Assembly: GCA_947625855.1 (NCBI GenBank)
Contig: CANQPW010000005.1
Location: forward strand, 1-52,702
Source of the DNA: an uncultured Clostridia bacterium
GTDB taxonomy: Bacteria; Bacillota; Clostridia; TANB77; CAG-465
Reading direction: 5' to 3'
Length of the DNA: 52,702 nt
Position numbers and translations under genes: made by a program. Position 1 is the stretch's first letter; each line of letters starts with the position of its first letter. The notes below the pieces were generated by a model that was given only the letters and a program-made list of their open reading frames with translations, did not search any database and was not told the origin of the DNA. Positions 45,004-52,702 of the stretch are shown one piece after another.

Positions 45004-47589
45004 TTATATATTATCATTTCTAATTGTCTCAATTATATTTTGTTTGTTTATTTTATTTAATGAATATTTCATAATACTTATAACAAGTATAAATACAACT
45101 ATAATTGATATAATAATACTTAACAATGGAAGTTTGTAGTCTGTCTCTAATAGTTTTGAAAATTGCATATGTACAATATATGATATTACTATTCCAAGTG
45201 GTATACTTATAATAAGTGATTTTATACCATAGAACATACTTTCAAGTCTAATCATTCTATTAAACTCTTTTTCTGTCATACCAATAGATTTAAGCATTGC
45301 AAATTCTCTACTTCTTAAATTCATATTTGTAGTAATTGTATTAAATATATTTGTAATTCCAATTAATGATATAATTGTTATAAAGCCAAGTAAAAATACA
45401 GATATTACAATATATACTGCTTGTTGTTGTTTCATTTTACTATCATAATTTTGTATATATACTTCTCCTACTTCCTCTTTTACTTTATCTTCAAATTTAC
45501 TAGCATCTTCAACATACAATCTTATATTTGTTTTTTTATTACTATCAATCATATTATAAAAATAATCTTCACTAACAATTATAGAGACTGAAGATATATC
45601 AAAAATTCCTATATCTGTTACTTTAGATATTTCTATATCTTGTGTATTATCATTTTCAACATCTAATTTTATATTAATTATATCTCCATCATTAAAGTCC
45701 AATATCTTTTGTGTAACATATTTTCCTTGCCCATTTTCGTCTTCTTTATAAACATTGGCATAACAATATAATACTGCTTTTTCTTTATTTTTTTCATAAT
45801 CTACCTTTAATTCTTTTAAATACTCTTTAAATTTTTCTGTATTTATACCATATATATTTAAAACATAATTACCATCTAGCAATGTACCATGAGGATAAAT
45901 TTCATATTTTTCTTTATCTTCCTTACTTAAATACACATTTTCATTGACATAATAAATATAATCATTTATCCCATCAAGATTTAATATTTCATCCACATAT
46001 TCTTTATTGCAAGATATTTCTATATTATAATTCATTGTTGGATAATAGATTTGTTGTAAATTCATTGCATAATCTATAAAAGTAAATAGTGGTATAAATA
46101 TTGAAACACTTATAATTATTGAAAGTATTGTAGTCCTATATTTACTTCTACTTCTTTTTAAGTTTTTACTTGCAATATCACCGCCTATTCCAAATACTTT
46201 TTTTGTCAACTTTGAATTTTTTAATTTTTTTGATTTTATATTAATATCTTTATTACTTCTTATTAATTCAATAGGTGAAATTTTAGATGCTCTCCTTGCA
46301 GAAGATATTGCTGATAAGTATATTGTTATAACAGAAAGAATTATAGATACTAAAATTGCTAGCCATGATGTTTTAAATTGAAATTCTATTCCATTTAAAA
46401 ATTCACTTAAAAATCCATTTGATACTATTAACATTATAAAAACTATCATAAGTCCTACTAATATACCTATTGGTATTCCTATTAATGCTAATATCATACT
46501 TTCAAATAATACATTTCTTTTTATCTGTTTTGGAGTTGCACCAATAGATGAGAGCATTCCATATTGTTTCCTTTTTTCTGTTATTGATATTTTAAAACTA
46601 TTTCTAATACAAAATATACTTGTAATCATAATAATTATTATTAGAATACTTGACGCACCAAATATAGCACTAAAAGTTGAATTATTCATTTCATAATTTT
46701 CATATATAAATAATCCATAGTTTTTATTAAAATCATATTTTTTATTTTCATTAATAATATCATTATAATAACCAAAATTGCTGTCTACTGGTCCATTAGA
46801 ATTACTTTTATCAAAAACTATTGATAAAGCTTTTTCATCAACATTAACTAACTCACTTACCACTTTATATTGTTTCTTTATACCCTCTTTTGTAAGCCTT
46901 GCATATACATTAACATTACCATCAGTATTATCTAAATATGTAATAATTACGTTATAAAATGAATATACAGGAAACTCTATTTCTTCACTAGTTATATCTA
47001 CTATTCCTACGATTTCATATTCTTTAGTAAATTGCTTTTCTAATTTTTCGTTATTTCCTAAATATGACATATATTTATCATCAATTTGAGTTCCTTTTTC
47101 TACATTTATTCTTCTTGATATATCAAGATTTAACTTTTGACCTATACTATAATCTAACTTTGAATTTTCTATAACCTTTTTAGATATTACTATTTCACTA
47201 CTATTTTTAGGTAATCTTCCATCTACTAATTTTATTCCTGCGTTTTTTAAAGCATTTTCATCAAGACCTAATAATTTTAAATATGGTTTATTATTGTTTT
47301 TGCTTCCAATATATTTAGTATAACCTATACTTTTTATATAATATATATTTTCAATAAGTCTATTATTTTCAAAATATTTTAAATCTTGTGATGGTACATC
47401 AATAAAACTATAATGATAATTACCAGTTATAATTTTTTCTCTATAAATCATAGTTTGTCTAAAACTTTCCAGTGCAGTTGCAACGCTTACTATTAAAGCT
47501 GTTGCTAAAATTATTGCTATTATAGTAACAATTGTTCTTTTTTTATTTAATTTTAGATTCTTAATGGTAAATCTACCTAATATATCCAT
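45004..47589 (-). CDS. ABC transporter permease with two FtsX domains (BceB/MacB-like, 861 aa)
   Basis: N-terminal TM helix, a large extracytoplasmic domain, a TM cluster, a second soluble domain and a C-terminal TM cluster. Adjacent to a MacB/BceA-type ATPase and a two-component system. Confidence 0.88.
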   Translation of the reverse strand: MDILGRFTIKNLKLNKKRTIVTIIAIILATALIVSVATALESFRQTMIYREKIITGNYHYSFIDVPSQDLKYFENNRLIENIYYIKSIGYTKYIGSKNNNKPYLKLLGLDENALKNAGIKLVDGRLPKNSSEIVISKKVIENSKLDYSIGQKLNLDISRRINVEKGTQIDDKYMSYLGNNEKLEKQFTKEYEIVGIVDITSEEIEFPVYSFYNVIITYLDNTDGNVNVYARLTKEGIKKQYKVVSELVNVDEKALSIVFDKSNSNGPVDSNFGYYNDIINENKKYDFNKNYGLFIYENYEMNNSTFSAIFGASSILIIIIMITSIFCIRNSFKISITEKRKQYGMLSSIGATPKQIKRNVLFESMILALIGIPIGILVGLMIVFIMLIVSNGFLSEFLNGIEFQFKTSWLAILVSIILSVITIYLSAISSARRASKISPIELIRSNKDINIKSKKLKNSKLTKKVFGIGGDIASKNLKRSRSKYRTTILSIIISVSIFIPLFTFIDYAMNLQQIYYPTMNYNIEISCNKEYVDEILNLDGINDYIYYVNENVYLSKEDKEKYEIYPHGTLLDGNYVLNIYGINTEKFKEYLKELKVDYEKNKEKAVLYCYANVYKEDENGQGKYVTQKILDFNDGDIINIKLDVENDNTQDIEISKVTDIGIFDISSVSIIVSEDYFYNMIDSNKKTNIRLYVEDASKFEDKVKEEVGEVYIQNYDSKMKQQQAVYIVISVFLLGFITIISLIGITNIFNTITTNMNLRSREFAMLKSIGMTEKEFNRMIRLESMFYGIKSLIISIPLGIVISYIVHMQFSKLLETDYKLPLLSIIISIIVVFILVISIMKYSLNKINKQNIIETIRNDNI

Positions 47590-47590
47590 T

Positions 47591-48265
47591 TTACACCTCC
47601 GCTATAATTTTTCCATCTTCAATATGTATTACTCTATCTGCTATTTTTGCTATTTCTAAATTATGAGTAATCATAATTATAGTTTGGTTGTATTTTTTAT
47701 TAGATAGCTTTAATAATTCAACTATTTCTGTACTAGATTTTGTGTCTAAATTTCCTGTTGGTTCATCTGCAAGTATTATAGCTGGATTATTAATTAATGC
47801 CCTTCCAATAGCCACTCTTTGTTGCTGACCACCAGAAAGTTCATTTGGTAAATTATTAATTCTATCATTAAGTCCTAAAGTATTAATTATTTCATCTACT
47901 TTGCTTTTTTCTACTTTTTTTCCATCTAATTCACAAGGTAACATTATATTTTCTATTACATTAAGTATTGGTATTAAGTTATAAAATTGATAAATTAACC
48001 CTACCTGCCTTCTTCTAAATATTGCCAAATTTTCTTCATTAAGTGTGTATATATCCTTTCCTTCAATATATACTTTTCCAGATGTTGGTTTATCTACTCC
48101 TCCAATCAAATGTAATAATGTAGATTTTCCACTACCACTACTTCCAACAATTGCAACAAACTCACCTCTATTTATTGTAAAAGACATGTCATTTACTGCA
48201 TATACTTTGTTTTCTTCTTTACCATAAATTTTTGTTAAATGCTCAACTCTTAATATTTCTTTCAA
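47591..48265 (-). CDS. ABC transporter ATP-binding protein (BceA/MacB-type)
   Basis: Walker A GSSGSGKST, signature LSGGQQQRVAIGRAL, Walker B ILADEPTGNLD. TTG start 6 nt after GGAGGA. Confidence 0.93.
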   Translation of the reverse strand: MKEILRVEHLTKIYGKEENKVYAVNDMSFTINRGEFVAIVGSSGSGKSTLLHLIGGVDKPTSGKVYIEGKDIYTLNEENLAIFRRRQVGLIYQFYNLIPILNVIENIMLPCELDGKKVEKSKVDEIINTLGLNDRINNLPNELSGGQQQRVAIGRALINNPAIILADEPTGNLDTKSSTEIVELLKLSNKKYNQTIIMITHNLEIAKIADRVIHIEDGKIIAEV

Positions 48266-48287
48266 ACTAATTCCTCCTTTAAAACAA

Positions 48288-48321
48288 ATTATATACTAAT
48301 AAAGTGACTTTTCTGTGACTT
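48288..48321 (-). promoter_or_regulatory. Promoter of the ABC genes with a tandem direct repeat, the candidate response-regulator box
   Basis: The minus strand reads AAGTCAC-AGAA-AAGTCAC (11-bp periodicity; plus-strand GTGACTT at 48304-10 and 48315-21). 10 nt further on is TATAAT (48288-93). Confidence 0.5.
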
Positions 48322-48323
48322 AG

Positions 48324-48350
48324 AAAAAAATACTTACAAAATTGTAAGTA
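48324..48350 (-). terminator. Terminator directly after the histidine kinase gene
   Basis: TACTTACA-AAAT-TGTAAGTA followed on the minus strand by TTTTTTT. Confidence 0.65.
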
Positions 48351-49568
48351 TTAATTCTTTATATATTTTATTATAAACTTGGTATACTGATTTTTACTTG
48401 ATTCTACACTTATATAGCCATTTTGTTTTTCTATAATACTTTTTGATAGGCAAAGTCCTATTCCAATGCTATTTTCATCTGAATTTTTAGATTTATAAAA
48501 CCTATCAAATATATGCCCTAATTCATTTTTCTCTATTCCAATACCATCATCTAAAACTGTAATTTCTACATAAACTTTATTTTCTGAAACTGTTATTGTA
48601 ATACTTGTTTTTGCATGTTCTATTGCATTTTTTACTATATTTTTTATCGCCTCTTTATTCCAATTATAATCTGCATTAATATATATATCATCTTTACATA
48701 TAACGTTTATGTCTATGTTTTTTACTTCTGCCATAATACTTAACTCATCTACTATATCACTTATTATCTCTTTTAAATTAATATTTTCATTTTTAAACTC
48801 CACAGCTTGTGCATCTAATTTTGATAATTTTAAAAGTGATATTATAAGCCAATTCATACTCTCAACTTTTCTTGAAATTTCAAATATAAACTTGTCTTTT
48901 ATCTTAGGGTCCATATCCTTATTTTCATTTATATTATCTAGTAGTATTTGTATAGAAGTTAAAGGTGTTTTTAACTGATGTGATATATCAGATACTAATT
49001 TATACACATATTCTTTCTGCTTTATTGAGTCATCTGTTCTTTCTTTTAACATAACTGTAAGTTTATATAATTCATTTTTTAAACTAGTTAATTCGTCTTC
49101 TGTATTTTTATCTATCTCTAACATATAATTATTATTGCTTATATTATCTATATACGTTATAAATTCTGATATTTTTTTCTTTCTATATTTTAAATAGTAA
49201 GATATAAATATTAAAATTAAACCATTTGAAAAAACTATTGAAAAAATCAATATATATACAGTAATACTGTTATGTTTTTGTGTAATATATATACTTGATA
49301 TTTCATCTACAATTCCATATTTTTCTAATATATCCGTGTTTGATGATAGACTATCTTGATTTAATATTTCAAGTATTTCTTCTTCTTTTATATCAGGATA
49401 TTTTTCTTGAATAGTCACAATAACATTTGAAATAATATTATTTAATCTTTTTGTATAAGTGTTATTTAAGTATATAAATATAGAGGTAAAAATAACTATA
49501 CTTAAAATGACTACACTAATACTTAAAAGAAGTAATAATTTATTATTTTTGTTATCTAATATTTTCAT
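48351..49568 (-). CDS. Sensor histidine kinase
   Basis: Two TM helices, H-box DISHQLKTPLTSI, N-box NAIEHA, G-boxes DDGIGI and GIGLCL. Confidence 0.92.
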   Translation of the reverse strand: MKILDNKNNKLLLLLSISVVILSIVIFTSIFIYLNNTYTKRLNNIISNVIVTIQEKYPDIKEEEILEILNQDSLSSNTDILEKYGIVDEISSIYITQKHNSITVYILIFSIVFSNGLILIFISYYLKYRKKKISEFITYIDNISNNNYMLEIDKNTEDELTSLKNELYKLTVMLKERTDDSIKQKEYVYKLVSDISHQLKTPLTSIQILLDNINENKDMDPKIKDKFIFEISRKVESMNWLIISLLKLSKLDAQAVEFKNENINLKEIISDIVDELSIMAEVKNIDINVICKDDIYINADYNWNKEAIKNIVKNAIEHAKTSITITVSENKVYVEITVLDDGIGIEKNELGHIFDRFYKSKNSDENSIGIGLCLSKSIIEKQNGYISVESSKNQYTKFIIKYIKN

Positions 49569-50229
49569 TTTTATCTCCTATTCTATAACCTATACCTCTT
49601 ACTGTTTGTATAATTTTTCCATTATCTCCTATTTTTTCTCTAATACGTTTTATATATACAGTAAGTGTATTATCATTTACAAAATTTCCAGCTATATCCC
49701 ATATATCATTTAATAATTTTTCTCTTGTTATTAAAACATTTTGATTAGAAAATAAATTTAAAAGTATTGTATATTCAAGTTTTGTTAATTTTACCTCTGT
49801 TTCATCCTTATATACTCTACCTGACACTGTATCAATTTTTATATTACTACAGGAAAGTATTTTTTGTTTACTGCTTCGCTTTAACACATTATTTATCCTT
49901 GATATAAGTTCTCTGTTTCTAAATGGTTTTATTATATAATCATCAGCTCCAACATCAAACCCATATACCACATCATTTTCCTCATCTCTTGCAGTTAAAA
50001 ATATAACAAACATATTATAGCTTTTTTTAATATATTTGCATATTTCAAATCCATCACCATCTGGTAAAAATACATCTAATAATGCTAAGTCATATTCATT
50101 TTTATTTAAAAGTTTTATTGCCTCTTTTTTCTCCTGTGCAATATCATATAAAAATCCTTCTTGTTCAAATAAATATTTAAGTCCTAAAATAATTGTACTA
50201 TCATCTTCAACTAATAATATCTTACTCAT
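49552..50229 (-). CDS. OmpR-family response regulator
   Basis: Receiver domain (ILLVEDD...LLDVFLPDGDG) plus a winged-helix C-terminus (LTKLEYTILL...VRGIGYR). Confidence 0.94.
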   Translation of the reverse strand: MSKILLVEDDSTIILGLKYLFEQEGFLYDIAQEKKEAIKLLNKNEYDLALLDVFLPDGDGFEICKYIKKSYNMFVIFLTARDEENDVVYGFDVGADDYIIKPFRNRELISRINNVLKRSSKQKILSCSNIKIDTVSGRVYKDETEVKLTKLEYTILLNLFSNQNVLITREKLLNDIWDIAGNFVNDNTLTVYIKRIREKIGDNGKIIQTVRGIGYRIGDKNENIR

Positions 50230-50243
50230 TTATCCTCCAACTA

Positions 50244-50573
50244 TTATTTTACTAAAGAAATTTTTATTCCAACAACTCCATATTTTCTTTCGTTTTCAGG
50301 AGAATAATATTCATACATTGCCTCAGTTTTTCTTTTTATTTCTTCTTCATCACTATATAACTTTCTAAATAAATTTTCAAAAGTATCTTCTATATATAAA
50401 TCTTCTACATTAACTAATAATTTTTCTTGTAAATCAGGTAATTTTGAAAATTCTATTTGATCTCCAATTTTTATTTGTTGTCTTTTTTCATCATATAATC
50501 TAAATTCTACTTTTTTTGTTCCATTTTTTATACTTTCAAATGGACTTTCATTTAATTTCATTTTATATAACAT
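50244..50573 (-). CDS. ASCH-domain protein
   Basis: FESIKNGTKKVEFRLYDEKRQQIKIGDQIEF is typical of ASCH (PUA-like) proteins. Confidence 0.75.
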   Translation of the reverse strand: MLYKMKLNESPFESIKNGTKKVEFRLYDEKRQQIKIGDQIEFSKLPDLQEKLLVNVEDLYIEDTFENLFRKLYSDEEEIKRKTEAMYEYYSPENERKYGVVGIKISLVK

Positions 50574-50608
50574 ATTTATCTCTCCTTTTTATTACTTATA
50601 TTTTTTAT

Positions 50609-50637
50609 GATTATACCAAAAAAGCAAGTGATTGTAA
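50609..50637 (-). promoter_or_regulatory. Promoter of the ASCH-RR-HK transcription unit
   Basis: On the minus strand: TTTACA, 17-nt spacer, TATAAT. Confidence 0.5.
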
Positions 50638-50697
50638 ACATTTTCACTTACCTAATTTGTTATAATATTATAATTCAATCAACTTATTTTTTAATAC

Positions 50698-51303
50698 TTA
50701 GTTTAAATAATCATTAAAATTTTCTAATTCAAATTCTCTTTTATCTCCATTTATAACTAAAGAATATATACCTGCATTTGATACTTTAATAGACTTTATT
50801 TTATTTGACCATTCCATATTATTTATATATCTATATATAATATTTATTACTCCACTATGAGTAACAATCATTATATTATTATATATTTCATTTTCTTTAA
50901 TTATATCTTCAAAATCTTTTATTATTCTATCATAAAACTCTATTGGACTTTCTCCACCTGGATATCTTTCATCTATATCTAATGTATTGTAATATAGCTC
51001 TGGATATTTTTTCTCAGCTTCAGTATTTAACATTCCTGCTAATTTTCCATTATTCATTTCTCTTAATCTTTTTGTATATTCTACTTTTAGTTTTAATTTT
51101 TCATTTATTATTTCAGTAGTTTGCCTTGCCCTTAATAAATCACTTGATATGATTTTTTCAATTTTATATTCTTCTTGTTTACTTTCTAAATAATCTGCTA
51201 ACTTTTTTACTTGACATACTCCCTCATCTATTATAGGTTGATCACTCCATCCTCCTCTATAATTTCCATCATCTTTTCCATGTCTAATAAAATAAATTTT
51301 CAT
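50698..51303 (-). CDS. Histidine phosphatase family protein, copy 2
   Basis: Near-identical to 44295..44903. The ATG at 51303 lies 8 nt after AGGTGA. Overlaps the 3' end of the NRPS-like gene by 20 nt. Confidence 0.88.
   Translation of the reverse strand: MKIYFIRHGKDDGNYRGGWSDQPIIDEGVCQVKKLADYLESKQEEYKIEKIISSDLLRARQTTEIINEKLKLKVEYTKRLREMNNGKLAGMLNTEAEKKYPELYYNTLDIDERYPGGESPIEFYDRIIKDFEDIIKENEIYNNIMIVTHSGVINIIYRYINNMEWSNKIKSIKVSNAGIYSLVINGDKREFELENFNDYLN
50703..51303 (-). repeat. 601-bp direct repeat, copy 2
   Basis: See copy 1. Identity stops exactly at the start codon and a few nt before the stop codon. Confidence 0.9.
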
Positions 51304-52702
51304 TTTTACAATCACCTACTCTAAACTTTTCTTTTATTTTTTCTAAGTCGATAATTTTTTCGTTTTTTAAAGTTATTAAAATTTCAATTTCATCTATTTT
51401 CTTATAAATTTCTACATTAATATCAAAATCATTATTTTCAATATGATCAAAATAAAAATGATTTTTTGAATCAAAACTTTCAATATTATTATATGAAATT
51501 AAAACTTTATTATCTTTTTTCTCATAGAAAGATTTTTTAGATATTAAAAAATCTTCTAAACTATTTATATTTTCTAAAGATAACCCACAAACACATATAT
51601 TATTACCAAAATTTTCTACTCTTTTATATGAATCGTTTATAACAAACTGTATATTATTTAACTGCTCTAACTGTTCTTTTAAAAGAATCACAATATAATA
51701 TTCTAGAATATCATTTACTTTTACTTTTTTATTATTAGCTATATTAATTAATTTTTGAACATTATATTTACTTATCCTAATTTTTGAATTTCTTTTACTT
51801 TCAATTATGTTAGTCTCCACCATATCAAGTGTACTAGGAATAATTTTATTTATTATTTTAAAAAAAGATATTTCATCTAGCCTTATATGAGGATAATTAA
51901 AAACTAAATATACATCTGAATTGTATTTTAAAGCTGTTAACTTAATAGATGCTTCATTAATATCATTTACTTCATTTATCAATTTATTTATTTCTTTTTT
52001 TAAATCTGTTTCTTTTTTTAATGTTTTATAATAGTATTTTATCATACTTTCAAATTTAGTTGAATATATTTTGATATTTTCACCAAAAACATATTTAGTT
52101 TTTAAATTCTTAATACTATTTATAACATTAAAATAGTTCTTTTTTATTATATTTGAATTAAAATTTTTTATTTTAAATATATAACAATCTTGAAAATTAA
52201 CAGATTTGGGATTTAAATAATAATAATTTAACATCATTTCTTCAGTTGTATTAATCTTTTTTATATCTACATCTGTTACATCTAAATCATATTTATTCAA
52301 TATCTTTTTTGCTCTTGTTCCTATTTTTACATCATAATTAGAAAAAAATTCTAAAATATTTTTTATTGTTTTATATTTTATTATATAATCTAAAGAAAAT
52401 TCTTTAAAAATCTTTTTCATTTCAATGCTTATTTCTATTAGATCAAGTGAATCCATATCGTACATATAATATGGACTATTTATATCAACAGTTCTACCAA
52501 TTATATTACTCCATATGTTAACTATTTTATCTTCTATTGTTTTCGTTGATAAATCATTGTTAACTCCATAAATATATTTATTCATCATTGCTTTTCTATC
52601 AATTTTATTATTAAAAGTCATAATGAAATCAGGAACAATAAAAATTCTTTTAGGTATCATGTAATTTGGTAAACTTTCTCTAAGTATACTTTTTATCTCA
52701 TC
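51284..52702 (-). CDS. NRPS-like protein, 3' part only: end of adenylation domain, carrier domain, condensation-like domain. The gene runs off the right edge.
   Basis: The frame is open to 52702. SLPNYMIPKRIFIVPDFIMTFNNKIDRKAM is the A-domain A10 motif. YDMDSLDLIEISIEMKK is a carrier-protein Ser motif. NYPHIRLDEIS is an HxxxD(E) condensation-type motif. Confidence 0.8.
   Translation of the reverse strand, partial: DEIKSILRESLPNYMIPKRIFIVPDFIMTFNNKIDRKAMMNKYIYGVNNDLSTKTIEDKIVNIWSNIIGRTVDINSPYYMYDMDSLDLIEISIEMKKIFKEFSLDYIIKYKTIKNILEFFSNYDVKIGTRAKKILNKYDLDVTDVDIKKINTTEEMMLNYYYLNPKSVNFQDCYIFKIKNFNSNIIKKNYFNVINSIKNLKTKYVFGENIKIYSTKFESMIKYYYKTLKKETDLKKEINKLINEVNDINEASIKLTALKYNSDVYLVFNYPHIRLDEISFFKIINKIIPSTLDMVETNIIESKRNSKIRISKYNVQKLINIANNKKVKVNDILEYYIVILLKEQLEQLNNIQFVINDSYKRVENFGNNICVCGLSLENINSLEDFLISKKSFYEKKDNKVLISYNNIESFDSKNHFYFDHIENNDFDINVEIYKKIDEIEILITLKNEKIIDLEKIKEKFRVGDCKNENLFY

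Noticed and set aside
1-52702. CRISPR arrays, rRNA genes, IS elements or transposases.
   Set aside because: No regularly spaced short repeats, no rRNA-like GC-rich conserved blocks, and no transposase- or integrase-like ORFs were seen on either strand.

Overview
A very AT-rich contig (about 25% GC in hand-counted stretches) from an endospore-forming Firmicute/Clostridia-type chromosome, shown by spo0A and two alpha/beta-type SASP genes. Both ends look like assembly breaks: the left edge resembles the 5' end of a group II intron, and the right edge cuts an NRPS-like gene.

Backbone, almost all on the minus strand:
- secD-secF, pyrH, tsf, rpsB, ftsH, tilS
- gdpP-rplI-dnaB and spo0A
- a complete S10-spc ribosomal cluster from rpsJ to secY, with no rpmD and nothing of adk/map/infA/alpha operon after secY
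- rpsT, a CaCA antiporter and a sufC/sufBD pair

Accessory or unusual content:
1. A block next to tRNA-Leu(UAA), 983..7844. It holds a three-gene operon led by a CobS/MoxR-class AAA+ ATPase with a non-canonical GKN Walker A. Divergent from it is a 491-aa ORF whose 3' 0.9 kb jumps to about 50% GC. A DUF4236 gene and two membrane-anchored proteins follow.
2. A 3.7-kb cassette bracketed by the two SASP paralogues. It encodes an MFS transporter, a P-loop kinase, a 56-aa ORF and an AAA_14/DUF4143 ATPase. The ATPase promoter and first codons are duplicated downstream of the gene.
3. A translationally coupled pair between the S10 operon and rpsT: a divergent ThyX-fold protein that lacks the RHR motif, and a dTMP/dNMP-kinase-like protein.
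4. A metallophosphoesterase-GrpB fusion.
5. A Bce-like two-component plus ABC module flanked by two 601-bp copies of a histidine-phosphatase gene, next to an NRPS-like A-T-C protein.

I saw no rRNA, CRISPR array, integrase or transposase. All calls come from reading the sequence and recalling family motifs; no searches were run.
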